From Bugula neritina (Eukaryota; Animalia; Bryozoa), in NCBI GenBank assembly GCA_964035545.1, contig OZ037767.1:16861781-16925780 (forward strand): 64,000 nt of DNA, in the 5' to 3' direction. Under the pieces are notes generated by a model. That model was not told the origin of the DNA and made no database searches. It was given only the letters and a program-made list of their open reading frames with translations. A program made the position numbers and the translations under genes. Shown here one piece after another: positions 1 through 14,226 of this stretch (within the stretch, counting starts at the first letter, position 1; every line of letters begins with the position of its first letter).

Positions 1-3000
1 ATGTGAAAAAGACTACTCTGAAAAATGCTATAGTCAACACTGTGATGTTCTCTATAAAGCATTATTATGCTATCACTAGAATAGGAGATTAGCCAACACA
101 GTGAGTGAAGAGCACGGCAACAAGTGCTGCTTCAGATGTTACTAGCAGTTGAAGTGTCACCATTCTTTAGGAATAAAAGAACCACAAGTCACTAATTTTT
201 AGGAGTCATTCTATCCTGAGCAGAGGTAACAAAGTTACACTTTATCATATGCACTGTTTTCTACTACCAGTGATATAAAATATATACAGGGTATATGCTG
301 AAAATCAATTATCCTGCTCTCAATCCATATCTGCATATGTATGCTGTGAAACCTGATTGTTTCTTAAAGTAAAAACTAGCTCAAATAATGACTGATGTGA
401 AAACTGGGCTTGAAAAACAGACGAGTGTGTCAAACACAACCAAAAACCTAAATGAAAGCTTGCAACTTGTCAACTATCAGAAAGAAGAAGAACAAGAAGG
501 GCCAAAATTTATATCAAGAACCTCTCTTGCCACGACATGAAAAAACTCACTTCCCAGCTTGTTATCTATCCAGGTATTGCTGGTTTCATAAAATAGGGTC
601 CCTATTTGAGCATCTAACACTAGCAAGCTAATCTCATGTTTTCATAAATTACAGAAGCTATTTCATGTGTTGTAGGGTATTTTTTTGCAAAATGTTTAAA
701 ACTGTACCACTCTTTCTCTCTTAAATCATTTGCAGATGTGAAACACCTGCGAATTATATGACATGTTGACAAGCACAAGCCTTGTTTGTGGCCAAAGAAC
801 CAAAGGTTTGACACACCGTGGAAGATTAAAGATAAGAGAAGATGATGTGTAAATGTCATAAAATGAAAAGTATCAGTTAACCATGTTTCAGTAACATCAT
901 CTATTTCTAAGCAATGCATAGTAAGCAGTGTAAAGATAATCTATGCAAGTTTTAATATGTTTAATCAATGTGCTTATCGAAAACAAAGCACACTGGAAAT
1001 TCTTACTAGTGCTTTAAAATGGTAAGAGGTAAGTTTTGAAAGGAACTTCCCATTTTATATCATTCCCCTGCAAAAGATATTCCCAATATTACCAGTTGAC
1101 AAAGTATTCAAATTTTGTTGTTATTGCAGTCAAATTAAAGACTGGATTAAAGTGATTTGTATGACGCATGCATTTCGTTTATGCGAAATTACTTTTCATT
1201 TTTATACTTATGGTTGTAGTATACTTGTAAAAGTTTTTTATATTGCTTTGTGAATAGTGGTATTCATTTAAAGCCAATGCTTTTTGAACTAGTAAAATAA
1301 ACTTGGTAATAAATTAATCTTGTAAAAACCAATTATTTTGTTTTATTATGCAATCATTTGAATTGTTTGCTCCATTGTAGATGCGTTAATCTAAGTCCAA
1401 CTGTTGGGTCATATCACAGTAAAAAACTTAAATTTTTGTTTAAAAGTTCTTTATAATGTGCTAGATGTAGCACAAAGGTTTCTTGTTAGACGTGCACTGA
1501 TCAGGCGACCCAGCGCATCCAACTTCATAACTCTGAAAAAATCAACCCCTTGAAGAGATAAGAAAATTGTGCTGACAATGCACTGAGCTACCTGTCAGTT
1601 TACTGAGATGGTATACTGTTCTTGCAGTGAGACCTCGATCTTTTTTGGAGTGAAAACTAGCTCTGAGTTCATTTTAGTCCTTCCACAGAGAAAAAATTGC
1701 GCAGACCTAAGAGGACTCCATTCACCATTAGCCATGTACGCCAGGCTGCGCGAGAAATGGCAATAAAAGTTGTAGTGGCAAGTAGTTTTAGAGTTATATA
1801 ACACAATGCAGGGGTCATTCATCTTGTATTTTGTATATAGGTTATTTCTTGCATTCTGTATATAGGTCACATGTTGTATATAGGTCACATCTGCTTGCCA
1901 ATGTGGACGTCGAAGCAGGTGTTGAGGTTTATGTGCACATAATGACTACGATGTAATAAACCTATGGCTTCACATTTGATCTCGATTTGTCTGTAAGAAA
2001 ATTCAGATTGCATGTGCCGTCTTACTTTTACTAGTAGTATCATATCGATATTTTCTAATTCTTTGCTTTTCCACAATCAGGTTGGTTTTTACTTGCATAA
2101 TATACTAGTGCTCTGAAGTCACAGTTTAAATGAAATAATTTTAAAAGATGCGACGTCTGACCAATTAAATGTAGGTTTTTGTGATAAACAGATATATGTA
2201 ATTATATCAACAGTTTACCCAACATCCACCAGCCATGCTTGGGCGACTGTGGAATTTCCTCACTGGTGATAAAGATGCACTTCTGAGTCAGACCAGTTGA
2301 TAATTGTTTCTTTCTAAACCATTGCTATACCATGCATAAATTGTTAAAAATCTCTTACTCATATACGATGGATGGATCAAATTGCCATTCAACTGCACAA
2401 TTATGATACTGTCATGCACAAAAGTAGGTCACCACCTATTAATGTAAAGTTGCAAATCACCCCCATATAAGGTACTGTATTTAGGCGTATCCAAAGGAAA
2501 TATATGCAACACTGCTGCAGGCTGCATATTGTAACATCCATTCTGTTTTTATTTCAGCTCTGCTCAAAGCACCTGCTTAAGTGCAACCAGCCCTGGGGGT
2601 GTGCATAAACTTGTTAGTGTAAAAAACACTGCCAGCCACTCCAATCTTGCAAAGCCCTTTTCTTAAAAGCAAGGGTAAAAATTTAAACTGTACTATAAGT
2701 ATTGATTGCTAATACCAAAGGTATAAAATGCATGCTGAAAATGATATCCGTTCTACTCCTATCTCGGTTTTTGAAGAGCGAAACCCCAATCTTCTTCAAA
2801 GTGAGACCTGGCTCAGAGTTTAATCTGGTCGTTCCATAGAGCCAGAAATCTCGTGGACCCAAGATGTATGCTGAAAATTGTTTCCGTTTTCACACGGTGA
2901 AACCACAATCTTCTTCAAAGTGAGACCTAGATCACAGTTTACTCTGATCATTTTACAGATGAAAAAATCTTGTAGACCCAGGACGCCCCTCACAATCAGT

Positions 3001-6000
3001 CCTGCTAGCCGGGCTACTCGAGAAAAGTCAGTAACAGAAGTGGTGTCGGCAATTAGTTTCATAGACTTAAAATTTACATAACACAATACAGGAATCATTT
3101 ATATCATGTTGTACCCTGCATATAAGTCACATCTAGTTACCACTGTGGATGCGGAGACAGGAGTTGAGAGGCCAAGTTAGAATTGTGCTGAGCAGCTCCC
3201 TAATGCATTTAACTGCGCGCCTTTATCTGGGAGACAAGGTTTTAGAAATGGTGGGAAATTGTAGTAAATTCAGGTTAACAGGTCAGGACGTTGATTAGAG
3301 TACTGTAGGTAACTATTATAGTAGCGTTTTACATCATTATTACATCATAATATATCATGTGATACATTTAATGTTGCTATCCTTATTACAATAAACTATT
3401 GTCATAAGTTATAATATTTAGTTGTAGGGCCTGCACGTATAAATGCAAAGCAGAGATCACCCATGTGGCTATAACTTTCAACAAAAACCTAGACACCTAA
3501 TAAACATTCAAAGAATTGCGTTTGAAAATCAATATGGGCAATTTACTATGCCCATCGTACCTGTAAACATCCGTACACACATTTTTATTGGCAAATAGCT
3601 CACACCTGCACACCAATGTGAACATTGAGACAAGAGTTGTAAGATTCTGTAGGACATTTGCCAATCGGCCTGTTAAGTGCATTCAACCAATTGTTTCTGA
3701 GAAAAGCAACTCCGAGAATTGTTAGAATATTGTAGCAAATTCAAGCTGGTTGAATGTTATATAAAACAATACAACACGTTTATATCCTAATGCAGCCGAA
3801 GCCCAGTCCCCCAGCAGTCAAGAAAAATTGTTGCAGGGAACAAATGTTCATTTTGACAATACCCTAAGCAGCCGCGAGCCGAGCAGCAAAGACGTTGCTG
3901 TACAACATGAGACAGCGCATGGAGTCCTGCGGTGGTGAGTTCAGCAGCCTGTCCCATGCAGTCATCTGTGCCCATGGAAATGCCTTTGCTCTGCCAATGT
4001 TATACTGTTTGGAGCAGCAAACAGGTTTGTAAGGAACTATCATACTAACATTTCACATAATAATTACATCATATTATGAGATATATTGCATGGTACGCGA
4101 TCTTAATTACAATGCATTATTGCCATTATTAATATTATTATAATGAATATTTACTATTAGTATTATGCATTTTTAGTTGTTTCACAAATCCTATTGTTTC
4201 CATCAGTTTTCAAGGATTTATGTGATTGCCATCCACAGTATACAATTAGAAAATGTGACTGGAAAAGTCACTTAGCTGGACACAAAAGAGGCTTTCGGAG
4301 AAAAAAAAGAAAATGTGAAAAAGACTACTCTGAAAAATGCTATAGTCAACACTTTGATGCTCTCTATAAAGCATTATTATGCTATCACTAGAATAGGAAA
4401 TTAGCCAACACAGTGAGTGAAGAGCACGGCAACAAGTGCTGCTTCAGATGTTACTAGCAGTTGAAGTGTCACCATTCTTTAGGAATAAAAGAACCGAAAG
4501 CCACTAATTTTAAGGAGTCATTCTATCCTGAGCAGAGGTAACAAAGTTACACTTTATTATATGCACTGTTTTCTACTACCAGTGATATAAAATATATACA
4601 GGGTATATGCTGAAAATCAATTATCCTGCTCTCAATCCATATCTGCATATGTATGCTGTGAAACCTGATTGTTTCTTAAAGTAAAAACTAGCTCAAATAA
4701 TGACTGATGTGAAAACTGGGCTTGAAAAACAGACGAGTGTGTCAAACACAACCAAAAACCTAAATGAAAGCTTGCAACTTGTCAACTATCAGAAAGAAGG
4801 AGAACAAGAAGAGCCAAAATTTATATCAAAAACCTCTTTTGCCACAACATGAAAAAACTCACTTCCCAGCTTGTTATCTATCCAGGTATTGCTCGTTTCA
4901 TAAAATAGGGTCCCTATTTGAGCATCTAACACTAGCAAGCTAATCTCATGTTTTCATAAATTACAGAAGCTATTTCATGTGTCGTAGGGTATTTTTTTGC
5001 AAAATGTTTAAAACTGTACCACTCTTTCTCTCTTAAATTATTTGCAGATGTGAAACACCCGCGAATTATATGAGATGTTGACAAGCACAAGCCTTGTTGG
5101 TGGCCAAAGAGCCAAAGGTTTGACACACCGTGGAAGATTAAAGATAAGAGAAGATGATGTGTAAATGTCATGAGATGAAAAGTATCAGTTAACTATGTTT
5201 CAGTAACATCATCTATTTCTAAGCAATGCATAGTAAGCAGTGTAAAGATAATCTATGCAAGTTTTAATATGTTTAATCAATGTGCTTATCGAAAACAAAG
5301 CACACTGGAAATTCTTACTAGTGCTTTAAAATGGTAAGAAGTAAGTTTTGAAAGGAACTTCCCATTTTATATCATTCCCCTGCAAAAGATATTCCCAATA
5401 TTAACAATTGACAAAGTATTCAAATTTTGTTGTTATTGCAGTCAAATTAAAGACTTGATTAAAGTGATTTGTATGACGCATGCATTTCTTTTATGCAAAA
5501 TTACTTTTCACTTTTATACTCATGGTTGTAGTATACTTGTAAAAGTCTTTTATATTGCTTTGTGAATAGTGGTATTCATTTAAAGCCAATGCTTTTTGAA
5601 CTAGTAAAATAAACTTGGTATTGAATTAATCTTGTAAAAACCAATTATTTTGTTTCATTATGCAATCATTTGAATTGTCTGCTTCATTCTAGATGCATTA
5701 ATCTAAGTCTAACTGTTGGGTCATACCACAGTAAAAAACTTAAATTTTTGTTTAAAAGTTCTTTATAATGTGCTAGATGTAGCACAAAGGTTTCTTGTTA
5801 GACGTGCACTGATCAGGAGACCCAGCGCATCCAACTTCATAACTCTGAAAAAATCAACCCCCTGAAGAGGTAACAAAATTGTGCTGACAATGCACTGAGC
5901 TACCTGTCAGTTTACTGAGATGGTATACTGTTCTTGCAGTGAGACCTCGATCTTTTTTGGAGTGAAAACTAGCTCTGAGTTCATTTTAGTCCTTCCACAG

Positions 6001-6200
6001 AGAAAAAATTGCGCAGACCCAGGAGGACTCTATTCACCATTAGCCATGTACGCCGGGCTGCGCGAGAAATGTGAGTAAAAGTTGTAGTGGCAAGTAATTT
6101 TAGAGTTATATAACACAATGCAGGGGTCATGCATCTATCTTGTAAATAGGTTATATCTTATATCCTGTATATAGGTCACATGTCGTATATAGGTTACATC
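1..6200 (+). repeat. ~4.3-kb tandem duplication (1-~1890 repeats at 4313-~6200; third copy from ~49338)
   Basis: The same text recurs at an offset of 4312 (ORF-track paralogs 620 and 4932). Confidence 0.9.
1460..4004 (+). pseudogene. Decayed paralogous exons of the orphan gene (exon4', 3', 4' truncated, 1', 2', 3', 4', 5')
   Basis: Exon-1-like ATGCTTGGGCGACTGTGG at 2235 with the donor changed to TT (2297). Exon-3-like at 1629 has a frameshift and a lost donor. Exon-5-like at 3798-4004 is strongly diverged. Confidence 0.75.
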
Positions 6201-7790
6201 TGCTTACCAATTTGCACGTCAAAGCAGGTGCTATAGTTTCCCGTCAGACATGCGCTGATCAGACGACTTAGTATACCCAAGTTTCTGTCTCTAAAGAAAT
6301 CAACTCCATGAAGAGGTAAAAAAAGTGTGCTGACAATGCACTGAGCTACCTGTCAGTTTACTGAAATGGTATACTGTTCTTGCAGTAAGACCTCAATCTT
6401 TTTCAGAGTAAAAACTAGCTCTGAGTTTACTTTAGTCATTCCACCGAGAAAAAAATTGCGCAGACCCAGGAGGACTCCATTCACCATTAGCCATGTACGC
6501 CGAGCCGCGCAAGAAATGGGAGTAAAAGTTGTAGTGACAAGTATTTTTAGAGTTATATAACACAATGCAGGGGTCATCAATATTTAATGATCTTGTATAT
6601 AGGTTATATCTTGTATCTTGTATATAGGCCACATCTTGTATCTTGTTTATATGTCATGCCATGTGTCCCGTATGTAGGTTACATTTTGTATCCTGTATAT
6701 AGGTCACATGTTGTATATAGGTCACATCTGCTTGCCAATGTGGACGTCGAAGCAGGTGTTGAGGTTTATGTGCACATAATGATTATGATGTAATAAACCT
6801 ATGGCTTCACATTTGATCTCGATTTGTCTGTAAGAGAATCCTTTTTGCTGTCTTACTATTAGTATTATATCGATATTTCTAATTCTTTGCTTTTCCACAG
6901 TCCGGTTGGTTTTTACTTGCATATACTAGTGCTCTGAAGTTACAGTTTAAATGAAATAATTTTAAAAGATGCAACTTTTAATCAATTAAATAAAGGTTTT
7001 TGTGATAAACAGATATATGTAATTATATTAACAGTTTACCCAACATCCACCAGCCATGCTTGGGCGACTGTGGAATTTCCTCACTGGTGAAGAAGATGCA
7101 CCTCACAGACAGACCAGGTCAGAATTGTCTTCTTCCTAAACCATTGTTTTACAATGTGGTGAAATAATCAAAATCTTCAGTTATTTATGAGGAATAAAAT
7201 AAGCTGCAGTTTAAACAAGCTAGTAGTTGGCATAAATTTCTATAATATAGCATGAGTACCTCTATATTTCATAGATGTTTGGGGAAAGGGTTATGATTTA
7301 TATCCTAGCAAATAAAGCTTGTGTTCAGCTATGTATGTTGTCATGTGATCAAAATGCTAGTAAGACACCACAAGTTAATGTAGACCTCTAGACCAACTCT
7401 CATATGACACTGCTGTATCTGGGAGTAACATAGTAAACATAACACTGCTGCAGGCTGTGTATTGTTACATTCATTCTCTCTTCACTTCAGCTCTGCTCAA
7501 AGCACTTGCTCTGTTGCAACCAGCTATGGGAGCGTGCATCACTCATTTGGAGAGTGCGTTTCTTGTGCCCAGAGATAGGAAAGTTTTGTGTTATATAGGT
7601 TGAGTGCTTGTATCAAATGAATAAATTTTATACCGAAAAGTATTTATGTTTTCACGCAGTGAAACCTCAATCTCGCTCAGAGTGAGACCCAGGACACCCT
7701 TCACCATCAATCTTGTTCGCCGGGCTACTCGAGAAAGGTGATTACCCAAAGTTCTGACAGCAAGTCGTTTTAAGGTGGTTTAAAGACAGG
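5770..7790 (+). pseudogene. Decayed exon 3/4 units plus exon 1/2/3 paralogs upstream of copy A
   Basis: Two exon-3-like copies (~5940, ~6385) and an exon-4-like copy with an in-frame TAG. Exon-1-like 7056-7117 is intact, but the following exon-2-like copy has lost its donor (ATAGG). Confidence 0.75.
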
Positions 7791-9179
7791 AGTTTAGAGG
7801 TCCAGTTAGACTTCTGCAGATTATTTTCCTCAATAGATTCAATTGCTTATTTTTTGAGAAAGGTCCCAGAAAAGGTAGGAAACTGTCGTAATTAACTTCA
7901 GGTCAACAGGTCAGGTCTGTTTTTAGAGCAATATTAGTAGCTATCATTAAATTGGCATTTTACATTATCATTACATGGTATTACATCAGTGTTACAGTAA
8001 CTATTACTTTATCATTATTACAATGCATTGCGGCCATTAGTTATATTATTACAATAAATTTTTGCCATCATTATTATATATTATCAGTTGTATTACATAT
8101 TCTATACTGCACCTCTTCCCTTCTCCAGAAGTTATGATTGCCCTCCACAGCATACAATCGGAAAGTGAAAATGAAAATTTGCAATAGAAAAAAGAAAAAC
8201 ATGACAAATAATTTCGAATATTTCAAGTATTGCAAAACCTTTATAGTACAATGCTTTAGCATGCACAGATTCGGCAGCAATTATCATATTATTTGCAAAT
8301 GTCTAAAGTTAGTTTGTATAACTGTTTTTAATTACACTCCAAATATAACTCTTATAGCGATTGTGGTATCCAAGGTGCATGTATACATATTTACATGGCT
8401 AAAAGCTAGAGCAGTGACGCAAAGGATGCTTAAATAATTGTAAAAATATTTGACTTTTGCTGACAAATGCAGGCAACACTAAAAAGTATCCCGCATACAG
8501 ATTTTTTGATCGTTGGAATGTTGGTGATGTCTACTCACTAAATTGGCTGTTGTGATAAAAATTGAAATATTTAGTAAGCTGTGTGCTGATTAGATCTCCC
8601 AATGCATTAGCAATGAGCTTTTTGTCTATAAAGCATGCATTTTCAGAAAAAGTGGAAAGTTGGAATAAGTTTAAATTGATGCAATTTAATGCTCACATGT
8701 TTAAATTGGTAATTATGTTACATGTATACTTGAAAGTGTGTTTTGAATGAGACGAGTTATGTTGTTGACAGCTCTGACCCCAGGTTTGAACATATCTTTT
8801 CAAACTTTCAACAAACTTATAATGAGTCTTTTAGTAAATACGTGGAGCGACGGCCTTTTGTTGCTACATGAGACTATGACCTGCCGTTCTCAGCTACTAA
8901 ATGTAGTTTAACAGCTTGTCTCAGCCAATTCTATTTAATGTTAATGTTTATTTGTCATTATCTTTGTTATCTTTATATAAAATATACTGATCTTGTAACC
9001 TATAAAAAACATCAACTGCACAAAAGTAACACTAATCTAATACTTGAGCAGTTTTTTTTTTCAACTGAAATAAAGTTATCAAAAATGCAAAGTTTGAAAG
9101 TAGGGCTAGAGTAAAACGCCCATGTAACACTAACACTCAGAGTAACAGTAAATGTAGCTGACAATCTGAATGACTTTGC

Positions 9180-10000
9180 TCGTAAGTAATACTAACAGTA
9201 TTAGTAGTATAAATACTTATAGTTATAAAAGCATTAGTAACACTAATACTGACTTTATTATTACTAATAGTAATTGTAATAGATCACTTGATGTAATACT
9301 AATAGTTTTATATAAATACTACTAATAATGTTAGACTTAGTATTACTGTATCAATTAGTATTAGCACATTGCTGATTGCTATTTCAATTTGTATTAAGCA
9401 TTTATTATTACCAAATTAATAAATATTAATATAATTATAATACTAATAGTATCAGTAATAGTAAATTCTAAATAATTAATAAACAATAACTGAATAAGTA
9501 ATTCATGATGATGATCACTGATGGTTGTTTCAGTTTATATTAAGCTTTACCTAACAGTAAATGTAATACCAATTACCAAAAATCAAAATCCAATAATCAT
9601 TAATGACAATATTAAAATTCAATACTAATACTAATAGGAATGATAGTAATTATATTAACTAATAAATAAAAATACTAACACTGAGTAATACTAATAGTAA
9701 TACTAATAATAATTATAATATTAATAGTAATACAAAAACTTGCATCACTATCAGTAGTAGCATAAAAAATAAAGATTAAGTGCAGATTCACTTGCTACTT
9801 TAAATTAGGCATTTATGAACTATCTCTATACTTATAGTTATTTATATTATTATATGTATTATAATTATTATTATTGTGAATATGATTAATTAATATTTAT
9901 ATTACTCATTAATCATTATGAAAATTTATATTTATTATAAAATTAAATTCAAATTGACAACCAGAAAAAAAGCAAATATATAGAAAATAATAACTACAAC
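9180..10000. other. Very AT-rich low-complexity tract (TAATAC/AATAGT-like); copy at ~56900-57720
   Basis: Base composition. Confidence 0.7.
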
Positions 10001-10779
10001 TAATTGACTGGTAATATTACAAACCGTGTTGAACTAAAATCGATGATCTTAGAGGATGCTCAAGTAGCTAAAGCCTGAATAAACAACAACGCTCATAGTA
10101 CGAAGTGAGAGCCTCATGGCCATTCTGATTCTTGCTCGTCGCTCAGTAGCCCGCTTTTTGTTGCAGACGACAGTCAGTCACGTGATAGCATTTTGTGCCC
10201 GTTCGTTATAGGAAGACAATTCTCAAAACTATCTGCGCGGACTAGTTATCTGCAGACTGCTTCATCCTGTTAACTATATTAATATAAATATTATATGCTA
10301 GAATTTCATGTTAATTTATATTGGTATTCATGTTCTAAATTTTATATATTTTACGGGTAAAAGCAGGTTGTCCTTTTTTGGAGTTAGGTTACTTTATGTA
10401 ATACCTACTGCAATTGGTAAAGTTATTTATTATTGAGTGTTTGCTAAAGAGAAAGTAGCAACATTTACATTATGTGATAGCTGATTATCCTTATCATTAT
10501 CATTATGATTATGATATTGATTATTAAAAATAAAATATTATTATTCATATTGTTATTTTCATTTATATTGATATAATTATTATAAAATTACATCTAACAA
10601 TAATTATAATGGCATTAGTTGAACAATTTCTGTTAACTTTGCCCTTAGAGTGACAGCCATACTAATACTAATACTAATAGTAATACTAATACTAATAGTA
10701 ATAGTAATAGTCATACTGTCATAGTAATACTGATACTGTGATAGTCATTTGGAAAACTGCTAAACCACAAATTAGGGAT

Positions 10780-13306
10780 TACGGACAGTGGTGTCATGGC
10801 GATCGGACGCTAAATTTTTATGATTTGAGTTCTTTACCAAATTTGGTTCAAAATAATACATAATTAGGGATAGCCTGTAGTTTAAAAATATTTTTCAAGC
10901 ATTTATAGGTACCAGAGTATTTACGAAATTATTCAAATAATTCAATTAATTTATACAATTTATTTTACACTGCCACCACCGTACCAAGATGACCAAAAGT
11001 AAAAAAATAGAATCTCGGCCAGTGAACTCTAAATCAAAACGGCTTGGAGATGGGCAGGCCGATAATAGGGGTAGCAACATTGATATCAGTAGTAACCATG
11101 AGGAAAGATGTGCCACATGCAATGAGATAGATTGCACTTTCCAAGGGACGAACAACAGGTAAATCAAGGTTCTCACTAAGTGGATTACCTGTGATCTCTG
11201 CAACCAATGGTACCATGGAATATGCCAGGACCTGCAGCCAGCTGATGTATCGTGTATAACTAAGTTGGCAGAGAAAGGCATGAGCTGGAAGTGCAGTGAC
11301 TGCAGAGATAAAACAGAAAACAGCCTATAAGGAGAGAGTCTAACACAGCCCATGACTCAAAAATCAACACAGCAGATTGACAACATAGAGAGGATAGTGA
11401 AGGAAATTGCTGAACAAAGCCATAAATTAAGTGAGATGGAACAGAAATGGTCTGATGTCGTCAAGCAAAATCTTGAGAACATTGACAAAAATAAACAGAT
11501 TGCTGCAGATGCAAAAACATTGATAGTAAAGAGTCACCAACTGAGGGAAGAAGAGAGTAGAAAGAGCAATGCTATCGTTACCGGGGTCACTGAAAAAGAT
11601 GGTAAAACCTCAATGGAGCAGATACAAGAACTAATGAGAATGGAATGTTTTACCAAAACCAACTCACCAACTCAGGCTTTTAGGCTAGGAAAAAAACAGA
11701 AAATGATGTACACAAACGTCCAATCAAGGTGAGATTTGAGAATGAGCGATCGAAATGGGAGTTCGTTAAAAGGTTCAACAATCAAATACTGAGAGAACAG
11801 GGTATTTACTGCAGACTTGATGAAAGCAAAGAAATCCGAAATCAACAATTCCAGCTGAAAAAGGAAGCTAACAGGCTTAGAGAAGAAAATACATCTATAG
11901 CATATCAAGTGAGAGACATGCAAATACAAGAAAAGCAAGCCTCGGGGGAATGGAAAGTGATGGAACAAGTCCAACAAAAGAGAGTGGCGGAATGCTGAAA
12001 GTATTCCTCGCCAACACTAGATCTGTTAAAGGTAAAATCACTGAACTGCAATTTCTCACCACAGATTCTGACATAATTTGTTTCACTGAAACACACCTAG
12101 ATGACACAATACCTAATAGCAGTATTCTACCAATCAAGAACAAAACAGTATTTCGTCGTGATAGCAACATTTGTGGGGGTGGAGTTATGAGGGCTGTATG
12201 TGACCGTTTAAATCCCAAACTAGTAGATCTTAGTGAGTATAGGGAAGAGGTGGTAGCAGTGAAAATTCAACCAAGAATGGTCATCTGCTGTTACTACAGA
12301 CCCTATGTACATCTCTCCAACACAGATGTTATAAATGATATTTTGGATTACCTACAAAGAGAGTATCAAAAGCACACTATTTTGTTTGTTGGGGACTTCC
12401 TCATTGGATGACTGTAAAAAATTTCAGCGAAACCTGGGCTCTCGTAGTACTTGGTTGGAAAAGTAGAAATTGTCATGCAACATCTTCAAGAGCAGGATAA
12501 TCAGCTTCAACTCTAAGAACGATACTCCCCAATACAAGCTTATTTGATTAGTGTTGGATCATGTTGACTCAACAAAATACCTTGGTGTAACATTGCAATC
12601 AGACTGTAAATTTGACCAGCACATCCTAAAGAAGGCATAAAAACATGCACTGTACTGGGGCCCCCAAAGGAGCAAAGCTTATTGACTAAAAAGCCCTCCG
12701 TCTCCCACACTTGGAATATGCCAGAGCAGCCGGAGACACATCCAGCAAGCACCATATGAGTATAATGGAAAATGTACAAGCAGATGCTCTGCGTTTTATC
12801 AGTAACACCAAAAAAAGAACTTACATTCTTGAGGAAATTAAAAAACTGTTTTTGGATTCACTTGATCTAAGAAGAAAAAACCGACGCATCAGCCTTCTTC
12901 TAAAAATGTTGTCTATAAGGAAAAACAACATCCAACTCTGAGTGCTGTCTATGATGATTTTCTGAATCAGCGGACCACAAGCACTGTGTAGACTGGATCT
13001 CAGGTTTCAGGACTCCCCAGATCAGTTAGAGCAAACAAGAATGGATATTTTTATAGTTTTCTCCCAAGAATGATAAGATATATGAGAATCAGCACTGATT
13101 GAGTGACTTTTCCAGAGCATTCAATAACTGTAAATCATACACAGACGAGCTGGTTAGCCTGTTTAGTTAATCTGCACAAGAATTTTAACATTATTTAAAA
13201 TACTGCTCAAGTACTGACAACTTATTTTCTATATGCGACAAAACCCTTCTTCCCTCTAGGGAGGTTCAGTGTGGGGATAACATCGGCAGACAGGTATCAA
13301 CAGGTA
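10780..13306 (+). mobile_element. Decayed non-LTR retrotransposon (CR1/L2-like LINE), copy A
   Basis: ORF1 from ATG 10989: PHD finger, coiled coil, RKSNAIVTGV and FRLGK..RPIKVRF motifs, with stops at 11160 and 11328 and a frameshift at 11690-11696. Overlapping ORF2 APE endonuclease (11950-12411: IICFTETHL, VFRRD..GGGV, YYRP, VGDF). The RT core is largely deleted; a C-terminal LEYA..ENVQ..ALRF..SLDLRRK remnant remains (12711-12941). Short CAGGTA-repeat tail. The 5' end is approximate. Confidence 0.85.
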
Positions 13307-14226
13307 TTTTTCCAACTAGTCTCAACATTGTTATTGTGGGTGCTCCTGATGATTTCTAATCAGTCAATATTGACCTATTAATTTTGATTTGCTTCTAATT
13401 TCACTGTACAAAGTAGGAGTAAATCAATATTCTAATTTATGGTGCCTGTTTATTTAATAAACTTTGTGACACCTTGACAAAACTTTGCACCTTTTCAAGT
13501 CTGTCAAGCCTAAAATATAATTATTGATGTTGTTAAGGTTTTGATAGTATCAATATGTGCTTTATGACATTGTAAATTAGCACTATAGCTAGATTAGTAT
13601 GTAGTACTAATTACCACTAGATAAGTTAGTACAAATTAGCACTATGACTAAGTGAATTAGTAATGATTTAAATATATTTGTAAAGACAGACAATACCTGC
13701 TAAAGATGTCAAATGAAATTTACCTTCTATTGTATGCTGAGATAAAAATCAAAGCTATGCTCACAACCTTGAAAATTGGATTGATTTTATGTATTTTGTT
13801 ATTTGTTTAGTATTTTAATAATAATTGTTCTTGAATTTAATAATACTAACAATTTTAAATATTGTAGCATTCTTGAAATAGTTCATTAATTTTATTCTTA
13901 AAATCTTGGAATTTCTTGTAAGAAATACTATCCAATGAGGACTGAGAAATTTCTTGTGCACATAATGATTATGATGTAATAAACCAATTGCTTCACATTT
14001 GATCTCGATTATAAGAAAATTCAGATTGCATGTGCCATCTTACTATTTTCTCATTCCTCACTTCTCCACAGTCAGGTTGGTTTTTACTTGCATATACTAG
14101 TGCTCTGAAGTCACAGTTTAAATGAAATAATTTTAAAAGATGCAACTTTTAATCAATTAAATAAAGGTTTTTGTGACAAACAGATATATGTAATTATATT
14201 AACAGTTTACCCAACATCCACCAGCC

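Noticed and set aside
620-6922. Short 60-99-aa ORFs repeated in the duplicated blocks (e.g. 620, 1595, 2820, 4932, 6353)
   Set aside because: Their recurrence reflects recent DNA duplication. Frames break between copies and show no recognisable motifs.
11688-11697. Programmed -1 frameshift in LINE ORF1 at A-AAA-AAA
   Set aside because: The element is otherwise decayed, so a single-A deletion before the duplication is simpler. No stimulatory structure was noticed.
14071-14075. 4-nt microexon (cag|TCAG|gttggt) upstream of exon 1
   Set aside because: The donor is weak and the motif varies among paralogs. It cannot be supported without transcripts.
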